DNA of 64,000 nucleotides from Promethearchaeota archaeon (GCA_048940645.1 JBHLOI010000016.1:1-64000), one strand, 5' to 3'; positions 21,704 through 32,130 are shown, numbered from the stretch's first letter. Numbers and translations: made by a program. Notes: generated by a model not told the origin, from the sequence alone.

Positions 21704-22411
21704 CTATTCTTTAGGGAATAGCTCTAATTTTCGACCATTTTTTTTAAATAGAATTAAATTGTTCTCAGATAGTTTATCGACGTGATATTTAACAGTATTT
21801 CGTGCAAGATTAATTTTATCAGAAATCTCAGAAGCTGAAATCCCTGGGTTTTTCTGAATTAATTTGAAAATTTTTGTAGTAGTTTCTGATTTTGCTAATC
21901 CATTCTCAAACAATTCTAATGTTTCAATACTATTCATTATTGGAAAATATACCGAATATTGTCCAAATTTTTCTTTCCTAATGATATTATATTTCAAAAG
22001 TACATCTAAATGCCACTGCAATTGTCCTTTTTGGATATTACATTCTCTCAATAATTCATTATGGTGAATCCCTGGACTTTCAAGAATCAACTTTATAATT
22101 GCTTTACGATTTTCATTTTCGAATATTTCTTTTAAAGTTAATCTTGATCTACCACTATAAAAATATTGTTTGCGCATAAATCGATTTTTATACTCCTTAA
22201 CAGAGATAACAGCGGAAAGAGACAGTAAGATAATCACTGTAATTGAAAGAATAATTATAAAAAATGTAATGACAGGATTTATTGGTACACCAAATACATC
22301 TTCCAAGGAAAAAAATACGTGAAGAGTTAAAATTAATAAAATTAGAGAAATTGGGATTAATATTAGATTTATTAATAAAATCTTATTTGACTTAAGTTTA
22401 TAATTTACCAT
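21704..22411 (-). CDS. Membrane-anchored double winged-helix transcriptional regulator
   Basis: Two N-terminal TM helices, then two PGI...HL/HV wHTH repeats. Confidence 0.82.
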   Translation of the reverse strand: MVNYKLKSNKILLINLILIPISLILLILTLHVFFSLEDVFGVPINPVITFFIIILSITVIILLSLSAVISVKEYKNRFMRKQYFYSGRSRLTLKEIFENENRKAIIKLILESPGIHHNELLRECNIQKGQLQWHLDVLLKYNIIRKEKFGQYSVYFPIMNSIETLELFENGLAKSETTTKIFKLIQKNPGISASEISDKINLARNTVKYHVDKLSENNLILFKKNGRKLELFPKE

Positions 22412-22417
22412 TTGCGT

Positions 22418-23005
22418 CTATTCATTTCTTTTCTTGTTCAATCTCAATAATGGAAACATAAAAGGTACTTTATCTGCATATTTTAGGTATTCATCCTTAT
22501 ATTTAGATTTTAATGCAATATCTTCAATTTTACCTAATATTGCATATGCCAAGACTTCTCCTATCCAAATGAATAAGATAATCGTATAGCTACTAATATT
22601 CAAAGGATTAAAATCTACAATTGGGTAAGTCTGAAAAGCAACTAAAGTCATACCAAATGTCATTACTATAAAAGCTAAATATTGGGGATGCCTGACAAAT
22701 TTATATGGACCATTACGAATTAACTGTTTTCTATGAGATATTTGAAAAATTAGAGCGTATATGAAGAAAGTAAAGCCAACTAGGGCGATGTAAGTTCCTG
22801 GAATTCTGAACAAAAAGCGGAGATCATATAGTAAAATTCCTGGATTTTGAAAGAAAAGTGCTATATATGTGATTACAGGAACACTCATTATACCAAACCA
22901 CACAGCAGTGCAAGGCACATATTGGAAAATTGGGATTAAAAATGAAGATATACTGGTTGAAATTGATACAATTTTATTTTTAATTTTATTTTCTTTTTGA
23001 TTCAT
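22418..23005 (-). CDS. Isoprenylcysteine carboxyl methyltransferase/PEMT family membrane protein
   Basis: GPYKFVRHPQY, IEDIAL...Y...VP. Confidence 0.82.
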   Translation of the reverse strand: MNQKENKIKNKIVSISTSISSFLIPIFQYVPCTAVWFGIMSVPVITYIALFFQNPGILLYDLRFLFRIPGTYIALVGFTFFIYALIFQISHRKQLIRNGPYKFVRHPQYLAFIVMTFGMTLVAFQTYPIVDFNPLNISSYTIILFIWIGEVLAYAILGKIEDIALKSKYKDEYLKYADKVPFMFPLLRLNKKRNE

Positions 23006-23115
23006 TTATATTCATTTTAATTTTTAATATCATTGTAAAATAAGAAAAAAATCTATTTATAAAGGTTTAAGGTGCACTTTTCGAACAATTCAATAAAATA
23101 TTATGAAAAAAAGAG

Positions 23116-24093
23116 CTAACTTTTCTTTTTTATCTCGAAATTAACATCTTCGAATTTATTATGAATTGTTTGATAAATCTTAAATTTTCCATCATCCAAA
23201 GCGTTTTTGATTATGTCTTCAATTTCGTCTTCATTGATAAGGCTCTTGGAGACTAAATCTTCTATTTTAGTATAAACTAATTCTTTTATTTTATATTTAA
23301 AACGGTTCTTTTTCTTTTCATTAATAAGGTCTGAAAGCTCAACGTGTTCTTTATGATCCCAAATATTTTGTAAAAGATCATCAATGCCCTCTCCGTTAAT
23401 GGCATCTGTCATTGAAACAGGTGGTCTCCATCCAGATTTAAAGGTTGTATCATCAAGCATCATTTCGATTTGAACAGCAATATCTTCCCCACCTAAATCT
23501 TTTTTATTGATATCATAAACATCTCCAATTTCTATTATGCCTGCTTTTTGCATTTGAATAGCATCACCATATCCAGGAACAAGAACGACAACAATAGTAT
23601 ATGCTAAGTTATAAACATCGAATTCAGCTTGTCCAACACCCACAGTTTCAATAATAATTACATCCATTCCCCATGCTTCATATAATAAACTGATATCAAA
23701 TACTGCTCTCGAAATTCCTCCTTTATATCCTCTTGAAGCAAGACTACGTAAAAATACGTTCGGATGCAGAGTAATATTAGTCATTCGTACTCTATCTCCT
23801 AAAAAAGCACCTCCACTGAAAGGAGATGTGGGATCCACACAGATTATTCCTACAGATTTACCTTGATCTAGTAATTTCTGAGTAATGGCTCCAGTTAAAG
23901 TACTTTTCCCCACACCAGGGGATCCAGTAATTCCAATGATATATGAATCATTTTTAATACCTTCAAAGTGTCTAAATATCTCATATACCCTTTCAGGTTC
24001 ATTTTCAATAACAGAGATTAGCTTTGCTAACGCAATTTTATCTTTATTCTTGAATTGGTTAACTAGTGTGTCAATATGATGGGATTTTTCCAA
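23116..24093 (-). CDS. meaB: Acyl-CoA mutase-associated GTPase MeaB
   Basis: GSPGVGKST, VDPTSPFSGGAFLGDRVRM, ETVGVGQ, NKKD. Confidence 0.93.
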   Translation of the reverse strand: MEKSHHIDTLVNQFKNKDKIALAKLISVIENEPERVYEIFRHFEGIKNDSYIIGITGSPGVGKSTLTGAITQKLLDQGKSVGIICVDPTSPFSGGAFLGDRVRMTNITLHPNVFLRSLASRGYKGGISRAVFDISLLYEAWGMDVIIIETVGVGQAEFDVYNLAYTIVVVLVPGYGDAIQMQKAGIIEIGDVYDINKKDLGGEDIAVQIEMMLDDTTFKSGWRPPVSMTDAINGEGIDDLLQNIWDHKEHVELSDLINEKKKNRFKYKIKELVYTKIEDLVSKSLINEDEIEDIIKNALDDGKFKIYQTIHNKFEDVNFEIKKKS

Positions 24094-24162
24094 TTATTCA
24101 CATCCCCGGGAAGAAATAAGCCACATTATATAAATTATATAAAAAAATATTACATGTCTTTT

Positions 24163-24561
24163 TTATTTTTTGACATGTGTTTGAATAAATTTAACAATAT
24201 CTGAAGTCATTGAACCAGGTCCATAGATATTTGCAACACCCATCTCTTTTAACTTAGTGAAATCTTTGGCAGGGATCACACCCCCTAGTAGAATCATAAT
24301 ATTGTCTAATACTCCTCGTACCTTCAAAAGATCAAGGAGTTGTTGAGTGTATGCAAAATGAGCACCAGAATGTATACTTAAACCAATTACATCTACATCT
24401 TCTTGAATAGCGGCCTCAACAATTTGTTGAACGTTTTGAAAACCCCCAAAAATAAGTTCCATGCCGGCATCTCTTATAGCTCGAGAGACAACAATACCTC
24501 CACGCCAATGCCCATCTATTCCTGGTTTACTCATTAATACCCTTATCTTTTTGTCAGTCAA
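24163..24561 (-). CDS. Acyl-CoA mutase cobalamin-binding small subunit
   Basis: DGHWRG (DxHxxG), SIHSGAH, GGVIP; SD AGGAGGTG before TTG. Confidence 0.93.
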   Translation of the reverse strand: MTDKKIRVLMSKPGIDGHWRGGIVVSRAIRDAGMELIFGGFQNVQQIVEAAIQEDVDVIGLSIHSGAHFAYTQQLLDLLKVRGVLDNIMILLGGVIPAKDFTKLKEMGVANIYGPGSMTSDIVKFIQTHVKK

Positions 24562-24578
24562 TATTTACACCTCCTAAA

Positions 24579-26252
24579 TTAAATGGCAAGCGGTGGTTCC
24601 CAAATTCCATAGATTTCTCGATAGATATCACAAACCTCTTGAACTGTTGCTCCCTCCTTTGTGGCTTCCATAACAATTGGCATAACATTTTCCTCTTTTT
24701 CACAGGTGTTTCTTAGTTTATCTAAGATTCTTTCCAATTTTTCATTATCTCGACGTTCTTTTAATTTCATGATCCTATTAACTTCAATTTCAATTGCTTT
24801 TTCATTAGTTCTAAAAACATCAGTGACAGTATCATAAGATACAGGATACTTATTCACTCCAAGCATAATTTCCTCACCAGTTTCAAGACGGATTCTTCTT
24901 TTATGAAACGCATCTCTCATTTCTTTGTATAACCACCCCGTAGACAATGCTTTATCAATTGTACCAACTTTTTCAATCCTGTCCATATATTTCCATACTC
25001 TTTCCTCTACCTCATCGGTGAGCCATTCGACATAATAAGAACCCGCTAATGGATCAATAGTGTTAGTAATTCTAGTTTCATCTGAAATAACCTGCTGTGT
25101 CCTTAAAGCTACTAGTGCTGCTTCCTCGGAGGGTAAACAAATTGCTTCATCATAAGAATTTGTATGGAGTGATTGACACCCTCCTAAATTAGCTTCTAAT
25201 CCTTGTATTGCAGTCCGCACAATGTTTATCATTGGTAATTGAGCAGTTAAGGAACTTCCAGCGGTTTGTACATGAAATCGAAATTGTAAACTTCGTGTAT
25301 CTTGAGCATTATACCTATCCTTCATCAATTTTGCCCAGATTCTTCTTGCCGCTCTATATTTAGCGATTTCCTCGAAAAAATCTTTATGAGCTGCTAAATG
25401 GAATGCTAATCTGTTAACAAAATCATCAATTTTCCATCCTCTCTCAACTAAATTATCAATGTGAGAACAAGCACTTGCAAAAACAAATCCTAACTCTTGA
25501 ATTGCATCTATTCCGCCCTCACGGTAATTATATCCAGTAAAATTAATAGGATGCCATTTTGGTACGTTTTTCATTGGAACCGTCCATTCAATAAAATCAC
25601 AGGCCAATCTTAGTAAATGGTTAGGAGGGCTATTTTTATAAGGAATATATCCAACAGTCATAGTTAGAATGTCATTTTGAGTTGTTCCCATTAACTGACT
25701 TATATCATAACCTCGCATTTTTGCCATATTAAAATACATAGAGCATACAGGAGCACAAGTAAATGGTTCGACTACTAATGCTACACTAATTTTATCAATT
25801 GGGATATCTTCTGTTAAAGCGAATAAACTATCAATACAATAAAGAGGCACTCCAGAGGTTCCAACTTCAGGTGCTCCATCGGGATTAGTTGGGTCAATTC
25901 CATTGAATGTGAGTGCATCAACAGCAGCACTAAATCCTGTTTCTCCATTTTCATATAAATATTTCCATCTCTTATTGGTTTCTTCTGGTGTCCCATGACC
26001 AGAGAACAATCTCATAGTCCAATGCCTCCCTCTATACATGTTTGGATACGGACCTCTAGTATATGGTGGTTCTCCTGGAAATCCAATTTTTTCAAAATAA
26101 TCGCCTTTTACATCCAAAGGCGTGTATAGCGGTTTAATTGGAATTTCAGAATCAGTAACGAATTTCACATCTCTCTCTTTAAATTTCTTATACTTTTCTT
26201 CCCATTCCTGTTTTTTTAATTCTAACTTATATAGATAATTTTTGTCAAACAC
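24579..26252 (-). CDS. B12-dependent acyl-CoA mutase large subunit (MCM family, atypical specificity residues)
   Basis: PGEPPYTRG, QNDIL, FFEEIAKYRAARRIW, QSLHTNSYDEA, DPLAGSYYVE. Confidence 0.93.
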   Translation of the reverse strand: MFDKNYLYKLELKKQEWEEKYKKFKERDVKFVTDSEIPIKPLYTPLDVKGDYFEKIGFPGEPPYTRGPYPNMYRGRHWTMRLFSGHGTPEETNKRWKYLYENGETGFSAAVDALTFNGIDPTNPDGAPEVGTSGVPLYCIDSLFALTEDIPIDKISVALVVEPFTCAPVCSMYFNMAKMRGYDISQLMGTTQNDILTMTVGYIPYKNSPPNHLLRLACDFIEWTVPMKNVPKWHPINFTGYNYREGGIDAIQELGFVFASACSHIDNLVERGWKIDDFVNRLAFHLAAHKDFFEEIAKYRAARRIWAKLMKDRYNAQDTRSLQFRFHVQTAGSSLTAQLPMINIVRTAIQGLEANLGGCQSLHTNSYDEAICLPSEEAALVALRTQQVISDETRITNTIDPLAGSYYVEWLTDEVEERVWKYMDRIEKVGTIDKALSTGWLYKEMRDAFHKRRIRLETGEEIMLGVNKYPVSYDTVTDVFRTNEKAIEIEVNRIMKLKERRDNEKLERILDKLRNTCEKEENVMPIVMEATKEGATVQEVCDIYREIYGIWEPPLAI

Positions 26253-26626
26253 TTAAATATCACACAGTCTTGTTTAATTGAATTAATTAGATATAACATA
26301 TAGAATTATAATTATTTACTAAAATATTTAATCTTTTAAAATAGTTAAAGTATTATCAAAATTATAGAGAGTTATTTTGAGAGAACAGCTTATACTCTCT
26401 ATATTTGCATATTTATTAATGGATATGCTGAATAGAATCAAGAAAAACTATTTTTAATGGTTACCTGAATTTTTTGTTATATCTAATAAAGAGATAATAT
26501 CTAAAACTTTTCTAAATTGATAATTTCTTGTTATTTCTAATTAAAATATTATAGGAACATTTAAAAACTAAGTTCTAGCCTAGATTATAGCTAAATATTA
26601 GATTTTTAAAAAAAGGTGATTAATAA

Positions 26627-26806
26627 ATGAGTTTAAAATGTAGTGCATGTGGCAAAATTGTTGAAACTCTCCCGCTTGATTGTGGTTATAGCATTTCATT
26701 TAACGAAGAAAAGAATCTATGGGAATGTTATATGGAAAATTGTGGATTCATATCATTTACAGAGTTCCTCTGTGAAAATTGCTGTAAAAATAGAGGAAAT
26801 AAATAA
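26627..26806 (+). CDS. Small Cys-rich protein, 59 aa (not in ORF track)
   Basis: Hand translation MSLKCSACGKIVETLPLDCGYSISFNEEKNLWECYMENCGFISFTEFLCENCCKNRGNK; SD AGGTGA upstream. Confidence 0.72.
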   Translation: MSLKCSACGKIVETLPLDCGYSISFNEEKNLWECYMENCGFISFTEFLCENCCKNRGNK

Positions 26807-26892
26807 TTAAATTAACTTTTTCCATTTATAGTAGAAAATATTTCTATATTTCTGATTAAAAAATTCTATTCCCTCTTTTATGGGATAACTAA

Positions 26893-27258
26893 TTAAAACC
26901 ATTGAGTTGCATCTGCGTCTAAAACTAAATCATTCAATGTTGCGGCACCCACTATTTTTACTCCTGGAATAAGATCTACTTTTTCCCACCCTAACATTCT
27001 TTTTGAGGCTTCACATACTAAGATTTCAATGCCCATACCTAAAGTTTTGTCAATCATTTCCTTTACACTTGGAAAAGATCCAAGCTTAATCCTCTCTGCT
27101 TCTCCAGGTTTCAATATTCTTAATCCTGTACCCAAGTAATATATTGTTGGAGCTAAATCCATTGCCTTAGCAGTTTGTGCTAACACTAATGGAGAATATT
27201 GACGTTCTGGATCGTCACTTGTTTGAACATATAAAATTGATTTTTTTTCTTTACTCAT
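26893..27258 (-). CDS. DsrE/DsrF-like family protein
   Basis: PLVLAQTA.AMD, GIEILVCEAS, IVGAAT. Confidence 0.85.
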   Translation of the reverse strand: MSKEKKSILYVQTSDDPERQYSPLVLAQTAKAMDLAPTIYYLGTGLRILKPGEAERIKLGSFPSVKEMIDKTLGMGIEILVCEASKRMLGWEKVDLIPGVKIVGAATLNDLVLDADATQWF

Positions 27259-27310
27259 GTATTTTCAACTCCAAATTGTAATTAAAATAAAAGCGGTGGT
27301 TAATCAATTC

Positions 27311-27568
27311 TTAAATAAGACTTTCAAAAATGCTTATACGTTTATCTGCTTTCCCCTTAGATTTTCTAATAAAATTTTTCTCTTGAAGCTTTTTCAAGGC
27401 ATAAGCAACTGTACGTTTAGGAAGAAGAGTTTTGTTCAAAATCTCCCTCTCCTTTAAAGGACCTCTTTGCTTTAATAAATACAGAATAAATTTACTTGAT
27501 GGAGATAAGGAAAACAAGTCGTTTTTTTCTTCATAACTCGTGATAAAATATAAATCCTCTACTATCAT
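27311..27568 (-). CDS. Small winged-helix regulator (MarR/TrmB-like)
   Basis: LSPSSKFILYLL..GPL...TLLPKRTVAYALKKL. Confidence 0.8.
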   Translation of the reverse strand: MIVEDLYFITSYEEKNDLFSLSPSSKFILYLLKQRGPLKEREILNKTLLPKRTVAYALKKLQEKNFIRKSKGKADKRISIFESLI

Positions 27569-27685
27569 CTAACCACCTATGTTGGAATAATGTAGATACC
27601 TATTTAATTGTTCAATTTATAAAAAATAATATTCTTATATAATATTTACCTAATTCGATAAATTTAAACAATCAATTAGGGTTCA

Positions 27686-27730
27686 GTTTCAACTTAAAAC
27701 ATTATTTGATTTTTAGTTTCAAATTGAATC
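27686..27730. promoter_or_regulatory. Two 15-bp palindromic boxes (consensus GTTTCAAnTTGAAAC), 30 bp apart
   Basis: GTTTCAACTTAAAAC at 27686-27700 and GTTTCAAATTGAATC at 27716-27730. Confidence 0.55.
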
Positions 27731-27772
27731 TCAATTATAAATATAAAAATGTTGTTAATAAAAGGAGTTTTA

Positions 27773-28336
27773 TCAAAAATTGCCACATCCATCACATTTA
27801 CCATCTAAAAAAGCTTCGCATTCATTACATATGTTTCCACATTTAACTTCTTGACTTTTTTTACTAAAAAGATTCAACGGAAGAAACTCTGGAGTTTTTA
27901 AATCAGAGATAAATAATATCTCCGAATGTAGAATGCCATCTTTATTAGTAGGGCCGCAATAGTTTATATATCTGTGTAAGATATCTATATTTTGGCCAAT
28001 TATGCCCATAATTAGATTATATTGTCCCGTGATTTGAGCCAAAATAAAAACTCTCGGGCAATCAGAATAAGATTTGATGATTTTCTTAACCTCATCATAA
28101 TTTTTCATTTCTAAAAGGACTAAACAAGCTTTATAATCTAATTCACTAATGTTAATATTTCCTTGAATCTTAAGAATTTTTGAATTTTTCAATTTTCTAA
28201 TTCGTTTTTTAACGCCTGTATGACTCATAATAGATTGATCTATTTTAGTCACTTTCTCACCAATATTTATTAAATTTTCACGTCCATTATTAAATAGAAT
28301 ATTTATAATTTGCTTATCGATATTATCTAATTTCAT
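27773..28336 (-). CDS. Lrp/AsnC family regulator with C-terminal Cys cluster
   Basis: LDNIDKQII..L..NGR HTH, ITGQYNL RAM domain, C-terminal CGNICNECEAFLDGKCDGC. Confidence 0.88.
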   Translation of the reverse strand: MKLDNIDKQIINILFNNGRENLINIGEKVTKIDQSIMSHTGVKKRIRKLKNSKILKIQGNINISELDYKACLVLLEMKNYDEVKKIIKSYSDCPRVFILAQITGQYNLIMGIIGQNIDILHRYINYCGPTNKDGILHSEILFISDLKTPEFLPLNLFSKKSQEVKCGNICNECEAFLDGKCDGCGNF

Positions 28337-28870
28337 AATATAATTAATGTAATTCTTAATATAAAAAAAAAGTGTTAATGAATATAGAAATATCTCCGTT
28401 TAATTCAATTAATTAAATTAGATATTTTTAAAAAGCTGCCTAAATAACAAATAAAATGATAAAGATTAGGAAATTAATTTATAGATGCAAAAATTGCATT
28501 TAACCTTTTAAATTTAAGAAAACAAAAATTGGAGAAAGGAAAAATTAAATTCAATTTATTACTGAATTCAACCCTTAATGAATTTCTTCATAACTTACTT
28601 GTTAATTTTATTATATTGAATTTTTTTTTCTTTTCTCTTTTTTTGATTGAAGATAAATACTTAGGTTTAGTGTTAATTACATGAATTTTTTACCATAAAG
28701 ACTAACGAAAATGTAATAGATTCAATCACGTCTTAGATTCCCCCCTTAATAAAGCAAAAGTTTATTCTTCCCTCGAATAATTGATATAGATTGAATTAAA
28801 ATTTTTTTTCTATTTTTTTCATAATTTTAGCAATAAATCTTTACTTAAAGTGAAGTTAAAGAAATTAATT

Positions 28871-29818
28871 TTACTTTAAATAATGATTCTCCTCAGGATG
28901 TATTTTTTGAACAAACTCAGTAAGGAAAATATCACTTTTTTTAAGCTTTTTTTTAATATAACCTAATTCATGAAGTTTGTTTACAAATTCCATTGTTGTA
29001 TTTATATATTCTTTTGAAAGTGATACACAATATTTTGGTGAAATTTTTAAAACTGATTCTGCATAACTTTTATCAATAATTTCAAAAGATTTAGCAATTT
29101 TCTCTGCAGCTAATGATTGTGAAGTTCTGAGTAGATATGAAGCATTTTTATGATACTCAAGAAATTTAATGATTAACTGAGGCTGATTTTTAATGAAATT
29201 TAAATGGAAAAAAATACCATAACTTGGATTATTTGGCCATAAATGGTTAGGTTCGATAATTATTTGGGAATCTAGAATTGTGGATGCAAATACTGCTAAT
29301 GCTGGAGTGCCCACTCCTCCATCTATGACACCTTCTTTCATATCAACAGCAATAAATTCTGCCTGTCCATAATTTCTTATTTCTACTTCCTCTAATAATT
29401 TATACTTTTTTAAGTAATAATTCAAAATAACATCATGTATGGATCCCTTACTAGGGACACCAATAACTTTTCCCTTAAATTGAGAGAGTACTTTTTCCAT
29501 ATTATTGTTTAAATCCACCATGTTTTTGTATAGTTTTTTCGCAATCATAATAGTCCCCTCAATGTGACCCCCAGCGACACATTTTATTGGGACTCCTTTA
29601 TCAATACCGATAATCGCAGGAGGCAATCCCATATAACCAATATCTAATTCCTCATTCTTGAAAGCTTTAACCATAGCTGGTCCTGTCCCAAATAAAATCC
29701 AATTGATTTTTCTATTAATTTCTTTTTCCAAATGCTCACTTTCCATTAAAATAAAATTAGTATGATAAGCAGTAGAAAGGTGCCCAATATTCAATTTATC
29801 TTTCTTAATAACTATCAC
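28871..29818 (-). CDS. SsuA/THI5/NMT1-like substrate-binding protein
   Basis: FGTGPAMV, LDIGYMGLPP, IGVPSKGSIHD; no signal peptide or adjacent permease seen. Confidence 0.82.
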   Translation of the reverse strand: MIVIKKDKLNIGHLSTAYHTNFILMESEHLEKEINRKINWILFGTGPAMVKAFKNEELDIGYMGLPPAIIGIDKGVPIKCVAGGHIEGTIMIAKKLYKNMVDLNNNMEKVLSQFKGKVIGVPSKGSIHDVILNYYLKKYKLLEEVEIRNYGQAEFIAVDMKEGVIDGGVGTPALAVFASTILDSQIIIEPNHLWPNNPSYGIFFHLNFIKNQPQLIIKFLEYHKNASYLLRTSQSLAAEKIAKSFEIIDKSYAESVLKISPKYCVSLSKEYINTTMEFVNKLHELGYIKKKLKKSDIFLTEFVQKIHPEENHYLK

Positions 29819-29948
29819 TTGATTTGATTATTCGATATTTGTTTTTTACTAGATATAATTTAAATTTTATAATGAAAATAAATAATTACCTAAATTACTA
29901 ATTATTTAATGAATTTAATTATAATTTAGATCTCTATATGATAATTTA

Positions 29949-30236
29949 ATGATTGATGTAAAAATTGCGTTTTTATCTTTATTAGCAGATATTACAGGTA
30001 AAGGTGTTATTGTTCTCTCTATTGATGAGAACTCAAGAATTAAAGATGTAATTAAAAAGTTGAATTTAAAGTTTGGTAAGGAATTTGAGAAAACTATCCT
30101 GAATTCTCCAGGTGTATTAAGTAAATATATAATCTTAGGATTAAATGGAAAAGATGTTCGTTCTTTTGATGGATTAGATACTATTATTCATCAAGGAGAT
30201 GAAATTTCTTTTCTTCCTGCAATAGCAGGTGGGTAA
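29949..30236 (+). CDS. MoaD/ThiS/SAMP ubiquitin-like sulfur carrier
   Basis: LNGKD, GDEISFLPAIAGG C-terminal diglycine. Confidence 0.92.
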   Translation: MIDVKIAFLSLLADITGKGVIVLSIDENSRIKDVIKKLNLKFGKEFEKTILNSPGVLSKYIILGLNGKDVRSFDGLDTIIHQGDEISFLPAIAGG

Positions 30237-30330
30237 AAAGAAGATTTTTTCAATATATATGAAAAAGTTGCACTTAATTTTTTATTAGAAAATAAAATCC
30301 TTTACTTAAAACTCATTTTGAATTTGAAAA

Positions 30331-31167
30331 ATGGAAGAATTTTTAAAATGCTTAAATTGTGGGAAAACCTTAGGTTCTAAGGAAAAAGAGTATTATAATT
30401 ATTGTGCTGAATGTATTTTAAATCTACAATTCCAAATAACTGAATTAAATCATAATGAAATTGATAGAAATCTCCAAAAAATTTTAGATTTCTTTGTTTC
30501 TGATGTCAGTGCTGCTTTTAACAAAGATCCAGCAGCGCATTCTATTTTAGAAGTATTAACCAGTTACCCGGGAATAAAAGCAATTTTAATACATCGCATT
30601 GCTCATTTTTTTTGGAAGCTTGGAATGCCTTTTGTTCCAAGATATCTTTCAGAAATCGCAAGAGAAATAAGTGGTATAGAAATTCATCCTGGAGCTGATA
30701 TTGGAAAAGACTTTTTCATCGATCATGGAGGTGGAGTAGTTATTGGTGAAACTACAAAAATTGGTGATAATGTTACAATTTATCAAGGAGTTGTTTTAGG
30801 AGGTACCTTAACAGATCGTTTTAAAAGACATCCTACTGTTGGAAATGATGTGGTTGTAGGAACTGGTGCTAAATTATTAGGACCCATAAAAATTGGAAAT
30901 AACGTAAAAATCGGAGCAAATTCTGTAGTTATTTCTGATGTTCCAGAAAATTCCGTTGTTGTAGGCGTTCCTGGGAGGATTATCTCTCGCAATGGTCAAA
31001 AAATTAATAAAATTGATTTATCCCACGGTGATCTACCCGATCCTCTCGCCATTACGCTCTCAATTATTAATTCAAGAATTGAATATTTAGAAAAAGAATT
31101 AAATATCGAAAGAGAAACAAAAGAAAAAACTATTCAGATATACTATCAAAATGGAGATGGGATATAG
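30331..31167 (+). CDS. cysE: Serine O-acetyltransferase with N-terminal Zn-finger
   Basis: [31 protein letters not shown]; N-terminal CLNC..CAEC. Confidence 0.93.
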   Translation: MEEFLKCLNCGKTLGSKEKEYYNYCAECILNLQFQITELNHNEIDRNLQKILDFFVSDVSAAFNKDPAAHSILEVLTSYPGIKAILIHRIAHFFWKLGMPFVPRYLSEIAREISGIEIHPGADIGKDFFIDHGGGVVIGETTKIGDNVTIYQGVVLGGTLTDRFKRHPTVGNDVVVGTGAKLLGPIKIGNNVKIGANSVVISDVPENSVVVGVPGRIISRNGQKINKIDLSHGDLPDPLAITLSIINSRIEYLEKELNIERETKEKTIQIYYQNGDGI

Positions 31168-31200
31168 ATCTTAATAAATTATTAATGAGTGAATCTGATT

Positions 31201-32130
31201 ATGGGAAGAGTATATAATAATATTATCGAAACAATTGGTAATACACCATTAGTTAAATTAAATAGAATAACAAAAGAGATTGCACCGGATATATATGTAA
31301 AACTTGAGTTCTTTAATCCGGGTTCTAGTGTTAAAGATAGGATTTGTATGTCAATGATTGAGAAAGCTGAACAGGAAAATATTATTAATACAAATACAAT
31401 CATCGTTGAGCCTACTTCAGGTAATACCGGTATAGGTTTAGCATTAGTTTGTGCTGCCAAGGGTTACAAATTAATTCTTACAATGCCTGACAGTATGTCA
31501 ATTGAAAGAAGAAAGATTTTAAAAGCATACGGAGCTGAATTAGTATTAACCCCAGGGGCTAAAGGAATGAAAGGAGCTATTGAAAAAGCTGAAGAATTAT
31601 CTAAAGAAAATGATAAAGTATTCATACCTCAACAATTCAAAAATAAGGCAAATCCTGAAATTCACCGTAAGACAACTGCTGAAGAAATATATAATGATTT
31701 GGATGGTAAAATTGATGGGTTTGTAGCAGGAATAGGAACAGGGGGAACAATCACTGGTGTAGGCGAAATACTTAGACAGAGAATTGGAGATCATGTGAAA
31801 ATATATGCAGTGGAGCCAAAAGATTCTCCAGTATTATCTGGAGGCCAACCTGGGTCCCATAAAATTCAAGGAATAGGTGCTGGATTTGTACCTGATGTAT
31901 TAAATACTGAAATTTATAGTAAGGTAATTCAAGTCGAGTATAAGGATGCTGTAGAGACTACAAGAAAATTAGCCAAGTTAGAGGGCATTTTTGTAGGAGT
32001 CTCTGCTGGAGCAGCAGCATGGGCAGGTATTTACATTATCTCAAAAGAATTTAAGAAAGGTGAAAATATTGTGATAATTTTACCTGATACTGGAGAAAGA
32101 TATTTATCTATGGATGTATTTGAAGCTTAA
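31201..32130 (+). CDS. cysK: Cysteine synthase A
   Basis: IGNTPLV, NPGSSVKDR, PTSGNTG, GTGGT, HKIQGIG, PDTGERYLS. Confidence 0.96.
   Translation: MGRVYNNIIETIGNTPLVKLNRITKEIAPDIYVKLEFFNPGSSVKDRICMSMIEKAEQENIINTNTIIVEPTSGNTGIGLALVCAAKGYKLILTMPDSMSIERRKILKAYGAELVLTPGAKGMKGAIEKAEELSKENDKVFIPQQFKNKANPEIHRKTTAEEIYNDLDGKIDGFVAGIGTGGTITGVGEILRQRIGDHVKIYAVEPKDSPVLSGGQPGSHKIQGIGAGFVPDVLNTEIYSKVIQVEYKDAVETTRKLAKLEGIFVGVSAGAAAWAGIYIISKEFKKGENIVIILPDTGERYLSMDVFEA

Noticed and set aside
27686-27730. CRISPR-like GTTTCAA...GAAAC ends (also ATTGAAAT in repeats A and B)
   Set aside because: Only two short copies, no repeat-spacer periodicity, no cas genes
28337-28870. Long intergenic region as ncRNA or small gene
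   Set aside because: Only very short ORFs and no convincing stable structure seen
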